Shown one piece after another: positions 40,477 to 56,859 of a DNA stretch of 64,000 nucleotides. The stretch comes from the human T2T-CHM13v2.0 reference genome, Homo sapiens. The stretch lies in NCBI RefSeq assembly GCF_009914755.1, contig NC_060928.1; one strand, written 5' to 3'. How positions within the stretch are numbered: position 1 is the stretch's first letter; the number at the start of each line of letters is the position of its first letter. Under the pieces are notes generated by a model, which was not told the origin of the DNA, did not search any database, and saw only the letters and a program-made list of their open reading frames with translations. The translations under genes were made by a program, and so were the position numbers.

Positions 40477-40781
40477 TGTTTTTGTTTGTTTGTTTGTTTG
40501 ACAGAGGTCTTGCTCTGTTTCCCAAGATGGATTGCAGTGGCCTGATCATGGCTCACTGCAGCCTCTACCTCCCAGGTTTGAGCAATCCTCCCACCTCAGC
40601 CTCCTGAGTAACTGGGACTTCAGGCATGTGCCACCATGCCTGGTTAATTTTTTAAACTTTTAGTAGAGACAAGGTCTCCCTACGTTGCCCAGGCTGGTCT
40701 CAAGCTGCTGAACTCAAGTAATCCTCTTGCCTTGGTCTCCAAAGGTGCTGGGATTACAGGTGTGGGCCACTGTGTCCAGCC
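40477..40781 (-). mobile_element. AluJ-like SINE with a (TTTG)n tail
   Basis: Antisense Alu, GATCATGGCTCACTGCAGCCTC. Confidence 0.92.
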
Positions 40782-41276
40782 AGCACTGGCTTTTAATAAG
40801 TGTCACTGAAAAGTAAGTCGGTAAGAAACAACCCTCATCTCCAGGTGGTAGTAACTGAAAATGAAAGTAACAGAAAGTGAGAACATGGGGTGTGATTCTT
40901 GTAGTCTGTATTTTGCTGGTTTTTATTAGTTTTGAGCCTCAATTTGAACCTTTTGTACTGGAATCTAAAGATGAAGTTTCCCTGATGGCAAAATTACAAT
41001 CCATCACTCACTAATGTCATTTCTTCCATGAGTCACATCCATCCTGAAGGAAAGTGCTTGAACTAGGAACATGTACCTTTATTACATGTAGGAGCAAAGA
41101 CCATAATCCTATTATTTACTTCACCCCCATCTAATGCCTCTTAGTAATAGGGATGTTTATTATTTTTTAAACCAGAAGTTCACTTTCTCGTATCCATGTA
41201 AGTCTGTCTAGTTAGATTGGAGTAAACTGAATCCACTTCTGGCCAACTCAAGATACAATTGAAACTTAATTGAATA

Positions 41277-42821
<1,545 letters not shown>

Positions 42822-43248
42822 TACTTGAGCTGTAGAATGCTGATTACATCATTTGCCTTGATCTCAAAAGCTCATTGAAACTTCCTATTCTTTCATGAGT
42901 TATATCCATTTTTTTCAATCAAAACATGAAATACTCCATCAGTCTGTATCCGAATTAACTATATTGTCTGCTGTTTCCTTAAAATGAACATATTTTCAAC
43001 TCACTGCTTCAGTCAGCCTTAATCTTTGCTTAAGCAATTTTTTTCCAATCTCTATTCCAATCATAGTCATCTTTCTTTTTCAAGTCTTTCATTAGGAGAA
43101 CTTTTTTCCTTAGAATTAATCACATTATTTCCTATTTCTGCCTCAGTGTTTAAAAACTTAATATCTACAGATTGTATTGTACTTCACTGTGTATAACTAA
43201 ATTATAGCTACAGCATTTTAATCCACTCAGACCTACTATGACACCTTA

Positions 43249-43556
<308 letters not shown>

Positions 43557-46500
43557 AAAAAAAATTAAACTTCTGGTGTGTAACAGGGAGTTATTGAGAA
43601 ATTCAAACAGGTAATGATGTTTGAGGTTTTTGAAATGTGAGTGTAGGAGCGGTATAGTGTTTGGATTGGAGGAGGGATAGACTGGCCTCAGGGAGGCCAG
43701 TTAGCACAAGACTGAAATAGTATTGTCAAGGAATGATTAGCCCTGAATTACAGAAATAGCAGTAGGAGTGGGAAAATACTGAAAACATTTGGGACATGTC
43801 CAAAACATTAAACATTTTTCTCTATTATTCTAGCAGGCTGGAAGACATGACAAGTGAAAATCTCCCCTCTAGAATCCGTTTTCGTCACCTCTACTATTGT
43901 ACTGCTGGTTTCACATATATCTTATAGATTGAGGGAGTTGGGCTGGGTGGGGAGACAGGTCTCTTTTCTGGCTTTCTAATTCTGCTGTATATCCTGCAAT
44001 GGCTTAATTTATGGTGGCTGGCTTCATATTGAACAAAGGCCCTGTGACCAGGTCATTTTCTGGGAGCAGAAAGACAAAGAGGAATTTCGTTCTTCTCCCT
44101 AAACTCAGCACTGCATCAACCTTGATGCCATCTATTTAATGGGCATAGTTTTTCAACCTTGTTTATTATGACGAAGTTTCAATTGCTAGACCCATTTAAG
44201 ACTTGTAGGAACAGAATGTGTCTTCTTGCTTCCAGGACGGAGTTCCTCTCCTGGTTTCTTCAAGACTTTATTTCTAGTTCAATTCCAACACCCTGCGCAC
44301 TGGGACTCTGCTGCTGAGTAATAATGCCTGTGCTCTTCTCCAGTCACAGGCCCTTGTTTTTGCATTTCACAGTAACTCTTCTGTGATAATTGCAAGGTCA
44401 GATTTTCTGGTCATTATCTGCTGCTGACTTGTATTTATTTCTTCACTTATGTGTTCAAATATGTTCAGTTATCAAAAACCTATTTTGTATAAATTACTCC
44501 ACTGGCATCAAGGAGAGAATGCATAGAAATAAAAAAATTCCCTGCCCTCAGTAAACTTACACACTGGAAGAGTTGACTGAAAGTTGGTTTCACTGCCTTT
44601 CCAGTCTGACCTGTGAGAGATTACCATAGATTCTTCACTCTAAGTTCTTCTATGAAAATATTACATATGTAATACATAAAAATATAAGTTTTTATATAAA
44701 AATGAAAATAGAGAAAGTAGAATAAAAAAGTAGAAGCTTTCTCCACTTACAGATGCATATACAAACATACCCATTCTTTGTAGAAGGAACCATTATGAAG
44801 AATTTCATGTGTCCCCCTACACTACTTTTTCTTTGGCTTTAGAAAGTATATATTTATGTATATTAAAGCATATACATTTTTATACATAAATGAGTTTATA
44901 TTACTATAGAGCAATTCTACTTAAAGCATGCTTTCAGATTTCAATGAATCTTTGTTTTAGATACCTTCTGTTAATTAGATTTTGCAATACTTTAAAGTTA
45001 ATCAAATAAGGCAGTGCCACCTAATTATAAAAAGCTAATACCAGTTCTAAATTATGTGCTAACGCTATTCTAATATAAAATACACATTAAGCCAAACTCA
45101 AAAACTCTACCTCTTAAATTATTAATTAATGTGTGATGCTGGTTAACCAGACAATTTTTACATTGATTTGAACTCAAAGAAATTATCTATGTAAAGTGGC
45201 TTAAAGTGGAAAAGTCTCCTTATTTTGATATCAAAGTCGTAGGGAGGTGATAAATATTTTTGATGTCTTTGGAAAAAATCAACTCAATAATGATAGTATT
45301 TTAATTTGCAGTGGACTGGAATTCAAGGTTCCATATAAAGAACTGTGGTTGTTTATAAAATAGTCAGAATATTGTGGAACATTGTAATATGCAATGATAT
45401 GGCTTTTATGCAAACTAGGTACAAGCTGATGGCTCTTTCCTTTGTGATTGAATTATTTGCTCCACATATAGCCTGTTCAATCTTGAAAATTAAGTCAAAT
45501 CCCAAGTATTTTCTCTTCCCCTGATCACTTAGTTATAAGAAATATTTGTATATTCTATTGTGCATTTCTTAGTTTTGATCTTCAACCTTAAATACCTTGG
45601 CTTTGCTTTTGTTACATAGTTTTAATTTACTGTTTAACTTGAATTATGCCATTATACTAAAAGGGATTAAAGAGAATATAGCAAATTAAAGTGTGGATTG
45701 GATGGTAGCTGTTTTAATGTAATACCAAAGCTGGGTTTCCACAAGTATTTCCTTTTATTTCTATTTTGTTCCTTTTATTGCATTAATTTAATTTATTTGC
45801 TTATTTATGTATTGGTTAGCTTTAGTGATATTTGTTCCTTGGCAACTCTAATTTATATAGCCTGTATGTGAGAACTGAGAATGAAAAGAAAAAAAAAGAA
45901 AGATCGTAATAGAAAGGAGAGCAATTGTGTACAACTGGAACTTCTAATATTCAATGACGTTACAATTTCAGGTTTATATTAAGTTCTCAGATTAGAATTT
46001 TATATAAAACATTGATGCCTATTAAAATAATTATTTGATATGGAAATGATACATTAGTATAAATTCTTGAATTATCAATTTATAAGGTTATTAGTTGGAT
46101 AAATATTTATAAGATAATATCACATCATCATCCAATAATTGTATTATTTTACAACTTCTCTAACGTAACCACTGAACACCCTAAGAGCCTGTTGACATGG
46201 GTTTTTATCATTTCTATAATCTAGTTGGATGAGTAATGTGCTAATCTTTGATGAAAAGTTATGCTTCTTTTTAGGGGGCCGCAGATGGTGTGGAGGTAGA
46301 TTGATTAATTTGTGTCATGGTTTTAAACAAGGATCAGGAAAAATATGTTTTCACAATAAAAAACATTTTTCAGAAAGAAAAACGTATGTAAGAGTGAGAA
46401 TCGTATGCCTCAATCTAGCTTTGAGTTTGGAAATTATACATCAAGAACAGAGTGGATAGAATCAAGGCAATATTTAAGGTTATTAACCATAGGAAACAGA

Positions 46501-47089
46501 TAATAAAATGGAACAAAGATCCTTCTTCATGGCTATATATCAAATAACATCATTTTAAATTTGTATCTATTTTGAATTGCTGGTAATGCTGCCATCTTGT
46601 TGCTGTACTACAAGATGAATAAAGAGCCTGGAAATAGTCAACATTTATTAGCAGGATTTTCAAAATATGTTCTTAAATTTAAACTTCATCACCTTTCATG
46701 TGCCACTTATTATCTCTTTTATTATCTACCTCACCTAAATTCTCTGGAAGCTGCTTGGTAAATTAAAAGGAAGATATTGAGCATATCAATAATTTTTTAG
46801 AGCAAGCATTAAATCCAGTGGTGTGTAGTAATAGATTTTTTTATGGGAGATATTATTTAGCTTTCCCTTATTGCTTCTAGTTATTTGTGTTCAAGAAAAA
46901 TGTTTAGAGAGGTTCAATAGATGTCTATTGTCCCCCACAACTCTGACCCCCATACTCTAAAACAAGAATATCTCAAATCTAGGGTGTTGAAGAAAGAGGA
47001 ACAAGAGGGTATCACCAAAAATTTTAATCACTTATTTGTATGTTACGTTTCACAAACTACCTTGAGAGACTTAATTTTATATAATGCAG

Positions 47090-47330
47090 ATGTTAGTAGT
47101 TCAATCTCTAGAAGCAGAAAGACTGGAGTTTGAAATTTGGTTCTGTCACTTTTCCCCAGTGTGATCTTGCACCAGTGATTCTAGTCCTTAATTTCTTCAT
47201 CTACAAATTGAAGAAAATACCAGTTTTTACTTTATAAAGTTGTGGTGAGCATGAAATAAATGTTATTGCATGTAAAGTTTATAGAAGTGTACAGAGAAGG
47301 CATATCAAAAGCATACATATTAGCCATTAT
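47090..47330 (+). mobile_element. MIR SINE
   Basis: GACTGGAGTTTGAAATTTGGTTCTGTCACT...CCTTAATTTCTTCATCTACAAATTG...GTTGTGGTGAGCATGAAA. Confidence 0.7.
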
Positions 47331-47412
47331 TTTAATATTCTAATAATTTGTTAACCTAACTTATTTACCACCTAAAAAATTTGGTTGGTTTCCCATTGTC
47401 TACCAGACACAG

Positions 47413-47500
47413 CCTGAGCTCTTTGGTGGACCATTTATGACACTTTATAGTCTGATCCTGAGCTCTTTGTTGTACCATTTATGACACTTTATAGTTGGAT
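47413..47500 (+). repeat. 44-bp tandem duplication (2 copies) within an L2-like region
   Basis: CCTGAGCTCTTTG.TG.ACCATTTATGACACTTTATAGT..GAT at 47413 and 47457; 40/44 identical. Confidence 0.9.
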
Positions 47501-48041
47501 CTAAACATCCCTTTCCATTCTTACCTTCTGTAAGTACCAAAAAGGATGTGGGTGAGTAAACATCACACACTTTTGGATATAGCTTCACAACACTATTCAT
47601 CATTTCTAAGTAGATCATTTCCAAATGACATGATCTGTTTGCATAAAAGTGATCTTTGCCCATATTGCCTGCTAAATGTTTTCCACTTGCCTCCACTGGG
47701 CATGGATTATGACTTAGGTTAATTCTTAACTCTTCTTGTAAACCTTTCCTTGTTCTGGGTACTCCAGTCATAATTAATTAGTTTGTCTTTTGTGTTCTTA
47801 TATAATTTAAAAATTATTTATATTTCAGTGCTATAACCAGTACTATGGTAATTTGTAACAATTTATCTGCCACAAAATTGTAAATTCTTCATGATCTTGA
47901 AAGGTTCAAGCTCCATGTCTTGTATTTATCACAGTTCCTAGGACATAGTAGGCATTTGATAATGTTTTCAGAAACACAAACTCATGGAAATTAAGAAAAA
48001 TGGGAGACATATTAAGAACTTAATAAAATCTTAATAAAGAT

Positions 48042-48405
48042 TACTATGTACTGAATGATGGTGGCTCCCCCAGATTCTTATGTGGAAGCCCTAACCCCCA
48101 ATGTGATGGTGTTTGGAGGTGGGGCCTTTGGGAGGTGATTAGGTTTAGATCTTGAGACAGAGAGCCTTATGATGAGATTATTACCCTTATAAGAAGAAGG
48201 AGACAGAGAGCTCCTTGGAAGGGCCATGTGAACGCACAGCTAGAAGGTAGTTACAAGCTGGGAATTAGACCCTCATCTGGAAATAAATCTGCCATCATCT
48301 TGATCTTGGATTTTCCAGTCGCCAGAACTGTGAAAGACAAGTATCTATTGCTTAAGACATCAAGTCTTGGTATTTTGTTTTAGCACCCCAAGAAGGCTAA
48401 GGAAA
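48042..48405 (+). mobile_element. MLT1A/B-like MaLR solo LTR
   Basis: GAAGCCCTAACCCCCAATGTGATGG...TTGATCTTGGATTTTCCAG...GGTATTTTGTT. Confidence 0.85.
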
Positions 48406-50312
48406 ACATATTATTTGGTGTTTTCATATTAGGTAGAGAAACATTTTTTAGATGAAAGCATGTCTATTTTGGGACTGGGATCCTCAAACAGAGGATATCA
48501 CTGTTTTAAAATTTGAAAACTTTAATAGAAGTTAATATAGGCAAAATAAAAGAAACATGTTGATGATCAAGTGATCAAGGCAGGCTGGAGTGAGGTATAA
48601 GAAACCTAGTTTATAATACAGTGGATAGTAAATAAATATTTGTAGATGACTGCCCCATAATGAATGGATGCATTGATTAATAAGTGAAAACCTAGTAGGC
48701 CTCCCTCTACTGAACTTCAGTGTTGGCATCATGAGATGTCTCACTTTTAAAAAAATGTTTCCCATTAAGTTTCTCTTATTCTTTGTCAGTTGAAGAATAT
48801 TAAGTTAGTTCCATGAGGTTTAACCTCACAACCTTGCACATTTCTGTAGTTATTCCAGATATCAAGTTCTGTTAAGTTAGTCTCCTAGCAAGCTGTCCAT
48901 TAATTCTGAATTCAGACCAAACTTTAAAGTTATCAATAGGAATAAAGCTAATGAAGTCTATAGTTCCAAATAAAATTGATGATTATTTGTTAAATTACCA
49001 AGAGAGGAATATCCAAAATTTTCAAGGCAATTATATTTATGTACATGCATTTGACCACAGATTTTGAGACAGGTACTTCACAATATCATTGCATTTTGAA
49101 CGATTAACTATTCATGATTTCATATATTCACGCATTATCAGGTCATTTATTTTAATTAAAATAATGTAACACCTTCCAATGATTAATAATAGGATGTTTC
49201 ACAGAAGTAAATTCTACTTTATTAAAATCATAAAAATTATAGTAATAGATTAATCTCCTCCATAAGTTAGCTGCATAAAGTGCCTTCACCAATAAATAAA
49301 ACTGTTCATTTTCAAGATTTGGGGTTTGTATTTCTTGACATTATGAAATAGATGCTTCCTTTTTTTTGGCCCTATACAAGCAATTTATTGAAATCTGTTA
49401 GAATTTGAGCTAAGTCTGTATTGGGCTTATTATCCTGCCTCCATGCTTGAAAAAAAAAAACAAAACAAAATACAGTTTCTTTAAAATAGTTGCTCTGAGA
49501 TTACTTCCAACTTCCATATATAATGCGTGTCATTATTTTTTACTTACTGCTTCATAAATCAACCTTTTTTCTATTTTTCCTCTCTTTTATAAAAATCATC
49601 CAGGTCTATAATACTTCCTCCAATTCTTGCTCTAAGATGGGATCTCTGTGTATTACTAGGAAAAATACAACTATAATTTACTATTTATTGCAGGAATGAC
49701 AACTGAGGAATAAAAAGCCTCTAACATTGCATCCAAATAATCCCAGATGAGGATCATTTTCATGCTTAATAAGTAGCTCTATTCACTATATCTTGTTTTG
49801 TTTGTTTCATATTTTTCCTGGTGTGGCGGTCTTGTAATAATTTTTGGCTCTAAAGTATGCTGTTGTTTGGTTTTAATAAGACATCAGCTTGCAGTAAAAC
49901 TGAACAGATGCGATTTAAAGTGCTGATCTATCTTGCAGATCCCCATAAACTTGCATTCCTATTTCATAGGCATGAATAGGAATGAAACCCAGTGCAATTG
50001 TAAGTAGAATAATCTATTTCTAAGTTTTTATACCCCAACACCCCTACCTCCTCCCATTTTTCATGGCAAACATTTTCTTTGATAAGAAAGCCTTCATTGT
50101 AGGAAACAATCTCTCATGGGCTGATTTATCTGGATAATTTTTTGAAAACTCATGTTTACCATGACAGACTCTGCAGATTACACTGGGCTGAGAGTCAAAA
50201 TATTAGCAGTGGATTTCTCTGCATAGTAGACATTAGTACACCTTTTTTGTTCAATGAGCTACTTTAGCATATGGGATGTAAAGTTCCACTATGTGATTAT
50301 GTCTTGAGCTAG

Positions 50313-50670
<358 letters not shown>

Positions 50671-50833
50671 TTGACAGTGGACTTTAAATAACCCAGCTCA
50701 GAGCACTTAACATGTTCTACTGACTTCCTGAGGGTTACTTACATATTTTCAACATAGGCTTAATGTAGCATCATGAAAGGACCATACAAATGCTCAAAGA
50801 TTGTTTCTCTAAGAACATGTTTGGATATTTTTA

Positions 50834-51052
<219 letters not shown>

Positions 51053-51419
51053 TTACCATGAAATTCTAAGCTGCTGAATTGGGGACGGGCATTCATTGTG
51101 TTACTCTGGAAACATCACAGTTATTTTTTAAAAAACTTTTAAGTTAAATTGGTTCTGGCAACTTTTCTAGTTGCCTAAAGGTAAGGTGTCGTAAACCTGT
51201 CGTAAACAGTGAATAAGTGACAGCAAATTTGGGAATAGAAAAGGAGAAAATAGTGATCCTACAGATTGAGATAAGTATACCAGATATTTGTCAGCATTCA
51301 GGAATACCACATTTATTCAACAGATGAAAAACTCACATAATCCAGTGGTTTCCAATGTCTTCTATAACAAGGCAGCTTGTGTGAGGCTAACCCTCCCCTA
51401 AAAAATAGAAAAGATTAGT

Positions 51420-53180
51420 ACGTGAGTCCACTCTTTTAAAGCATTAGGGAACCACCATGGCAGACAGAACTACGGGGCTACAAATTCTGGAAACAAGGGA
51501 GGCAGATTTATGTGAGTCCTATATTTATCTATCTCTGAGATTTTCCTCAGGGCTTTGCTAATGCCATGGGTGAGGTGGCAGAGCAGAAGTCGAAAGCCTG
51601 GGGTCACGAAAGTCTCATTGTGCTGAGGAAACAGAAGGTGGCGTTTGGACCCTCCAAGAACAATTGAATTTTAGGGAAAAAGTAACTGCAGGGAAGTGAG
51701 AGACTGCGTGAAGGCCTTTGGTCACTTCCTCCACACCTCCTTCCACCACACACTTCCTGTGTGGTGTTCAGGAAAAGACACCAGAAAACAAATAGCAAGC
51801 CATATTTGAGATCTAAAGAATTGAACAAATATTCCAACAGTCTTGGTTATAGGGAAAATGAAGCAAAAGTGTAGAGATGAACAAATTGAATGACCCCCAT
51901 GAGCACTCAGCTTTCAATTAAGATCGCAGAAAGGATATAACCTAAGAGCAAGGTTTATGCCTTAGAGGTAAGAGTTGACCAAAGAAAGCCCAACTTTAAG
52001 AAAGCTTCATACCTTCCTTTGACTAGATCAGGGTGATCTGCCAAAATACTCTAGGCATGCACGAAGATTAGCCCTCTTTTGAGAAAGATTATAAATCAGG
52101 GACTCCCCAATTATTATATACCATGTATGTCATTAATTAAAAATGACCAGACATGTCTATAAAATGTATGGAAACCAAAATTAAAAATACAGACTATCAA
52201 AATAGATCCACAGGTGATCTAGGTAGTCTAATTATTTATAAATAAGGGACTTTAATAATGATTATTAAGTTAAAAAATAAAAGATGTAGACTTATTGGAG
52301 GACTGGGATCTATAAGTCAACTTATCATTTTCAAACTAAGGAAATAGAATAATTGAATATAAGAATTAAAAAGCTAGACTTATTAATGTATTAAACATTG
52401 CAGGAGAAATAGCATACTGAAAAAAGTCAGAATACTTGAAACACGTATAGAAATAGGATGGGAAATTCAGAAAGGCATGTAAAATTTAGGGAATACAATG
52501 AACAGATCTTTTTTAAAAATGTAATTTGAGTTCCAGAGTAAGAAGACTAGGGCAGAAGCAATATTTGACATAATATTTCCTGCAAATTTACCAAGATAGG
52601 CATAGACATCAAATATACAATGCAAGAAGCATGATGGACCCCAATTAGAAGAAATACAAAGAAAATCACATGTAAATGCATCATATAAAATAGCTGAACT
52701 AAAGAGAAAAATAAAATCTTCATAGCAGCCGGAAAAAAAAAATTTCCCTTAACAGAGAGAAAGAAATAAAAAAAGAGTGGCAGCTGTTTTTTTAGCAGAA
52801 GCAATGAAAGAAAGAAGGAAAAGGAATCACATTTTTCAAGTTCTGAAAGCAATAACTGACAATGGAGAATTCCATATTATGCAAAATATTAACCAATCTT
52901 GTGTAACGATACCAGATACCAGATAAAGTAGTGTTTATGGTGAGAAATAGTATAAGAAATACGTAGGCATATTTCATTATGATAAATGTATGAATTCAAC
53001 AGAAAGACATTACAATTCTAAATTTGTGTGTATGCAATGGTAGTTTAAAATATACATGGCAAAACCTAACAAAAGTTAAAGAAAAAATAACAAGGAGATT
53101 TTAACATTCTCCTCTCACTCATGTATAGTCATTTTAACAGTCTTCTCTCAATCGTGTAAAACAGATACAAGTCAGAGTTA
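51420..53180 (+). mobile_element. Old L1M 5'/ORF1-region fragments
   Basis: GTAATTTGAGTTCCAGA...GCAGAAGCAATATTTGA...AAATCTTCATAGCAGCC resemble degenerate ORF1. Confidence 0.6.
53098..53162 (+). repeat. 33-bp degenerate tandem duplication
   Basis: ATTTTAACA.TCT.CTCTCA.TC.TGTA at 53098 and 53131. Confidence 0.7.
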
Positions 53181-53183
53181 ATT

Positions 53184-53340
53184 TATTAGTGTGGTAGGGC
53201 TGCCATAACAAAGTACCACAAAGTTGGTGGCTTAATCAAAGGAAATGTATTGTCTCTCAGTTCTGGATTATAGAAGTTTGAAATCAAGGTATCAAAAGGG
53301 TTGGGTCTTCCTAGAGGTTTTGGGGGACATCCACACCATA
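53184..53340 (-). mobile_element. MLT1-type MaLR LTR fragment
   Basis: GGGCTGCCATAACAAAGTACCACAAA...CTCAGTTCTGGA...GAAATCAAGGT. Confidence 0.75.
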
Positions 53341-53459
53341 GAATAACAAGCAATTCAAGAAGCACAATTAAAAGAAATGTAAACAAACAAACAAACACCC
53401 AAATGCATCAAATAAAATTGCTGACACACACAATTATACGTTGAGATGTCAAGGGAATT

Positions 53460-53895
53460 TTGAAAAAGACATTCTCAAAAGGTTATATGTGATTCTATGT
53501 ATATAACATTGTAAAAAAATGACAAAATTATAGACATGAAAAACAGATTATTGTGGCCAGGGGTTAGGAGATTTGAGAATGGGAGGTGGCTTTGGCTATA
53601 AATGTGTAGCACATGGTCTTTTGTGATATAACTCTTGGTGGTCACATGAATCTATTAAAAGATAAACTTACATAGACTCAATATATACACAAAGTGAGTA
53701 TGTGTAAAACTTGTGAAATCGAAACAATATTGGTGGATTGTATCAAGGTCAATTTTTTTTATATTATACTCTGATTTTATACAGTGTTATCATTGGGGGA
53801 AGCTGAAGAAAGTTTATACAGGAAGTCTCTGTATTATTTCTTAGGACTGCATATGACTCTACTATTATCTCTGGATGCAAGAGTTAGAAAAAAAT
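53460..53895 (+). mobile_element. L1MC-type 3' end
   Basis: AATGACAAAATTATAGACATG...GTGGCCAGGGGTTAGG...CATTGGGGGAAGCTG...CTCTGTATTATTTCTTA. Confidence 0.75.
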
Positions 53896-53927
53896 ACAAC
53901 ATTCAGAGAATTAAAAGACAAGCCTGA

Positions 53928-54370
<443 letters not shown>

Positions 54371-54753
54371 CTACCAGATGGCTAAGAATGAAACAAAACA
54401 AAAAATTAAAAATACGCAGTGATATCCAGGATGCAAGGCAACTGGAAATCTTACACACTGCTGATGGGAGTATAAATTAATTGATGCAACAGCTTTAGAA
54501 AATCCTTTGGCAATATATTCAAAGCTGAGCATCCCCATATTCTATGACCCAGCAGTTCCACTCTTCCATATACACCCAACACAAATGAGTCCATGAGATT
54601 TATTTTTAGCAATTTCTATATCTCATATAAATTAAATCATGGGTTAGATATTGATGTAATCTGACTTCCTTTATTCAACATTATGTCTGTGAGATTCTCT
54701 CTGGATGTTGAGTGCAGTAGCACAATCAAACTATGTGTCTTTCACGGCTATAT

Positions 54754-54971
54754 AGCAGATTTGTCAACCGTGGTACTATTCCACCTTTTGGACTGGTTAA
54801 TTCTTTATTAGTCAGGTTCATCCTATGTATGTTAAGATGTTTAGCAGCTTCCCTGGCCTCTACTCATTAAATGCCAGTAGCAGCCCCCTCAAGTTGGAAC
54901 AATCAAAATATCTGTAGACATTCCTACTTTCAAGGAGGGACAAAATTGGCTCCAGTTGACTATCCAATCTG
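54754..54971. mobile_element. MER20 hAT-type DNA transposon
   Basis: GATGTTTAGCAGCTTCCCTGGCCTCTACTCATTAAATGCCAGTAGC...GACAAAATTGGCTCCAGTTGA. Confidence 0.8.
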
Positions 54972-55333
54972 TATAGTATTCGGTTGTTGGAATGTATCAT
55001 ATAACTACCCACTTTACTGCAGTGCAAGTTTGGTTGATTGGGGTTTTGGTAACAGTATGGATTTATTCAAGTAAATAAGTTTACTCAAATTATCCTGAGG
55101 ATAAAGTGGTTTAGTGTATAGGGTTTACACAACTTTTGTGAGAACTTTCCAGGGACAGTGGGGAAGCAATAATGATATTGTCACTAAATGTAAGCACTCG
55201 TGAAGAAGAAAGTTCAGGAAGTTCAGATGCTGGAGACCTCAACCTGGATCACCAAAGCAAGTATTTCTCAAAGGTACCAGGAAAATTGCATCTTTATGTA
55301 GTTTATTAAGGAAAATAAGAATTTTCCTCAATA

Positions 55334-55538
55334 AATAAAAATTATTGAACTTCATTACTGCCTTTTTGCACACAGAATTTCATGTGAATAAAAAGTATTG
55401 GTCTTACTATTGGAGGCCTATTACCATATCACAGCTAAATGCAAAACAAAACAAACATATATATTGGTTGACAACATTTATTTGAAAAATACAAAATAAG
55501 GTAATCTTTAAAAAACATGGTTGGCATGATTAGATTAA
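55334..55538 (+). repeat. Copy 1 of a ~205-bp dispersed direct repeat, flanked by a 24-bp duplication
   Basis: Matches 56093-56296 with 9 substitutions and 1 indel by manual alignment; flanks 55313-55336 and 55537-55560 are 23/24 identical. Confidence 0.95.
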
Positions 55539-56092
55539 ATAAGAATTTTCCTTAATAAATCTTGTGGTAAGAGTGCTTGTCTTATATATGGTATTTCTAG
55601 GAATGTTTATAAGAAAGGGAATTACGTCATTTGGTGAAATTATATAAAAAATAAGTACCTGGGGAAATTTATGAAAAATTATAAGGTGTTACACTCATAA
55701 ATGAAGTATTTCTTCCCCAAAAGATTTATGTCTGTAGCTTTGGTTACACAGTGCAGACTTTTAAAATATCGTTTTTGCTTATAACTTCATCTCAAAAGAT
55801 TTCTACCAAGTAAAAAAATGATATACCTGTTATAATAGTGATGATCTGCATATATAAAATTATAGCCATTCAACTGTTATTAATGGTGCTTTGCATTAGG
55901 TAGTGATGAATTATGATAGCTGCCTTATTTCCTAAACAATCCCTTCCACATATAACTAAACTATTTTAATAAAATCTTGATCATATTAAATTTCCTTTCA
56001 TGTATGCATTTAAGGAAGTGTCACAAAAGCACAAAATTATATATTCACACAAACACACACAGATAAAACATAAACTGAAGTTGTGATGAATT

Positions 56093-56296
56093 AATAAAAA
56101 TTATTGAACTTCATTACTGCCTTTTTGCAAACAGAATTTCAAGTGAATAAAAAGTATTGGTCTTACCGTTGGAGGCCTATTACCATATTACAGCTAAATG
56201 CAAAACAAAAGAAACATATGTATTGGTTAACAACATTTATCTGAAAAATACAAAATAAGTAATCTTTAAAAAACATGGTTGGCATGATTAGATTAA
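56093..56296 (+). repeat. Copy 2 (probable donor) of the ~205-bp direct repeat
   Basis: AATAAAAATTATTGAACTTC...GGCATGATTAGATTAA; not flanked by the 24-bp duplication. Confidence 0.95.
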
Positions 56297-56305
56297 GAAT
56301 GATTA

Positions 56306-56588
56306 GGTCGGGAGCGGTGGCTCACACCTGTAATCCTAGCACTTTGGGAGGCCGAGCGGGGCGGATCACGAGATCAGGAGATGGAGACCATCCTGGCCAA
56401 CATGGTGAAACCCCATCTCTACTAAAAATACAAAAATTAGCTGGGTGTGGTGGCGTGTGCCTGTAATCCCAGCTACTGGAGAGGCTGAGGCAGGAAAATC
56501 GCTTGAACCGGGGAGTCGGAGGTTGCAGTGAGCCGAGATCGTGCCTAGCGACAGAGCAAGAGACTCTGTCTCAAAACAAAACAAAACC
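56306..56588 (+). mobile_element. AluSc-like SINE with a right-arm deletion
   Basis: Full Alu lacking about ACTGCACTCCAGCC; TSD AGAATGATTA. Confidence 0.95.
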
Positions 56589-56727
56589 AGAATGATTATA
56601 AGAAAAGGGCTTTCTGTAAGGTTTGACTACTGTCATCTAAACTAAGATAATTACGGTTAACACACTTGTGTGCCTGATAGCTAACAAAAGCATTTAGTCC
56701 TCTAAGGACTGAGACACAATTCATAAG

Positions 56728-56822
56728 TTTTGTTTTTGTTTCTTGTTTCAATTTTTAAAAATCCAGGCATAATAATTGTACCTATTTACAAGGTACATGT
56801 GATATTTTGATAAGCATATAGA
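56728..56822 (-). mobile_element. L1MA 3' terminal fragment
   Basis: CATAATAATTGTACCTATTTACAAGGTACATGTGATATTTTGATA. Confidence 0.65.
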
Positions 56823-56859
56823 ACTTAACACCGATCTGATCTTTTAATTGTTTCCAGGC

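Noticed and set aside
55302-55559. Possible new MITE bounded by 15-bp inverted repeats
   Set aside because: There is no TSD outside the inverted repeats, the interior is a copy of neighbouring DNA, and the right arm is explained by duplication of a palindrome.
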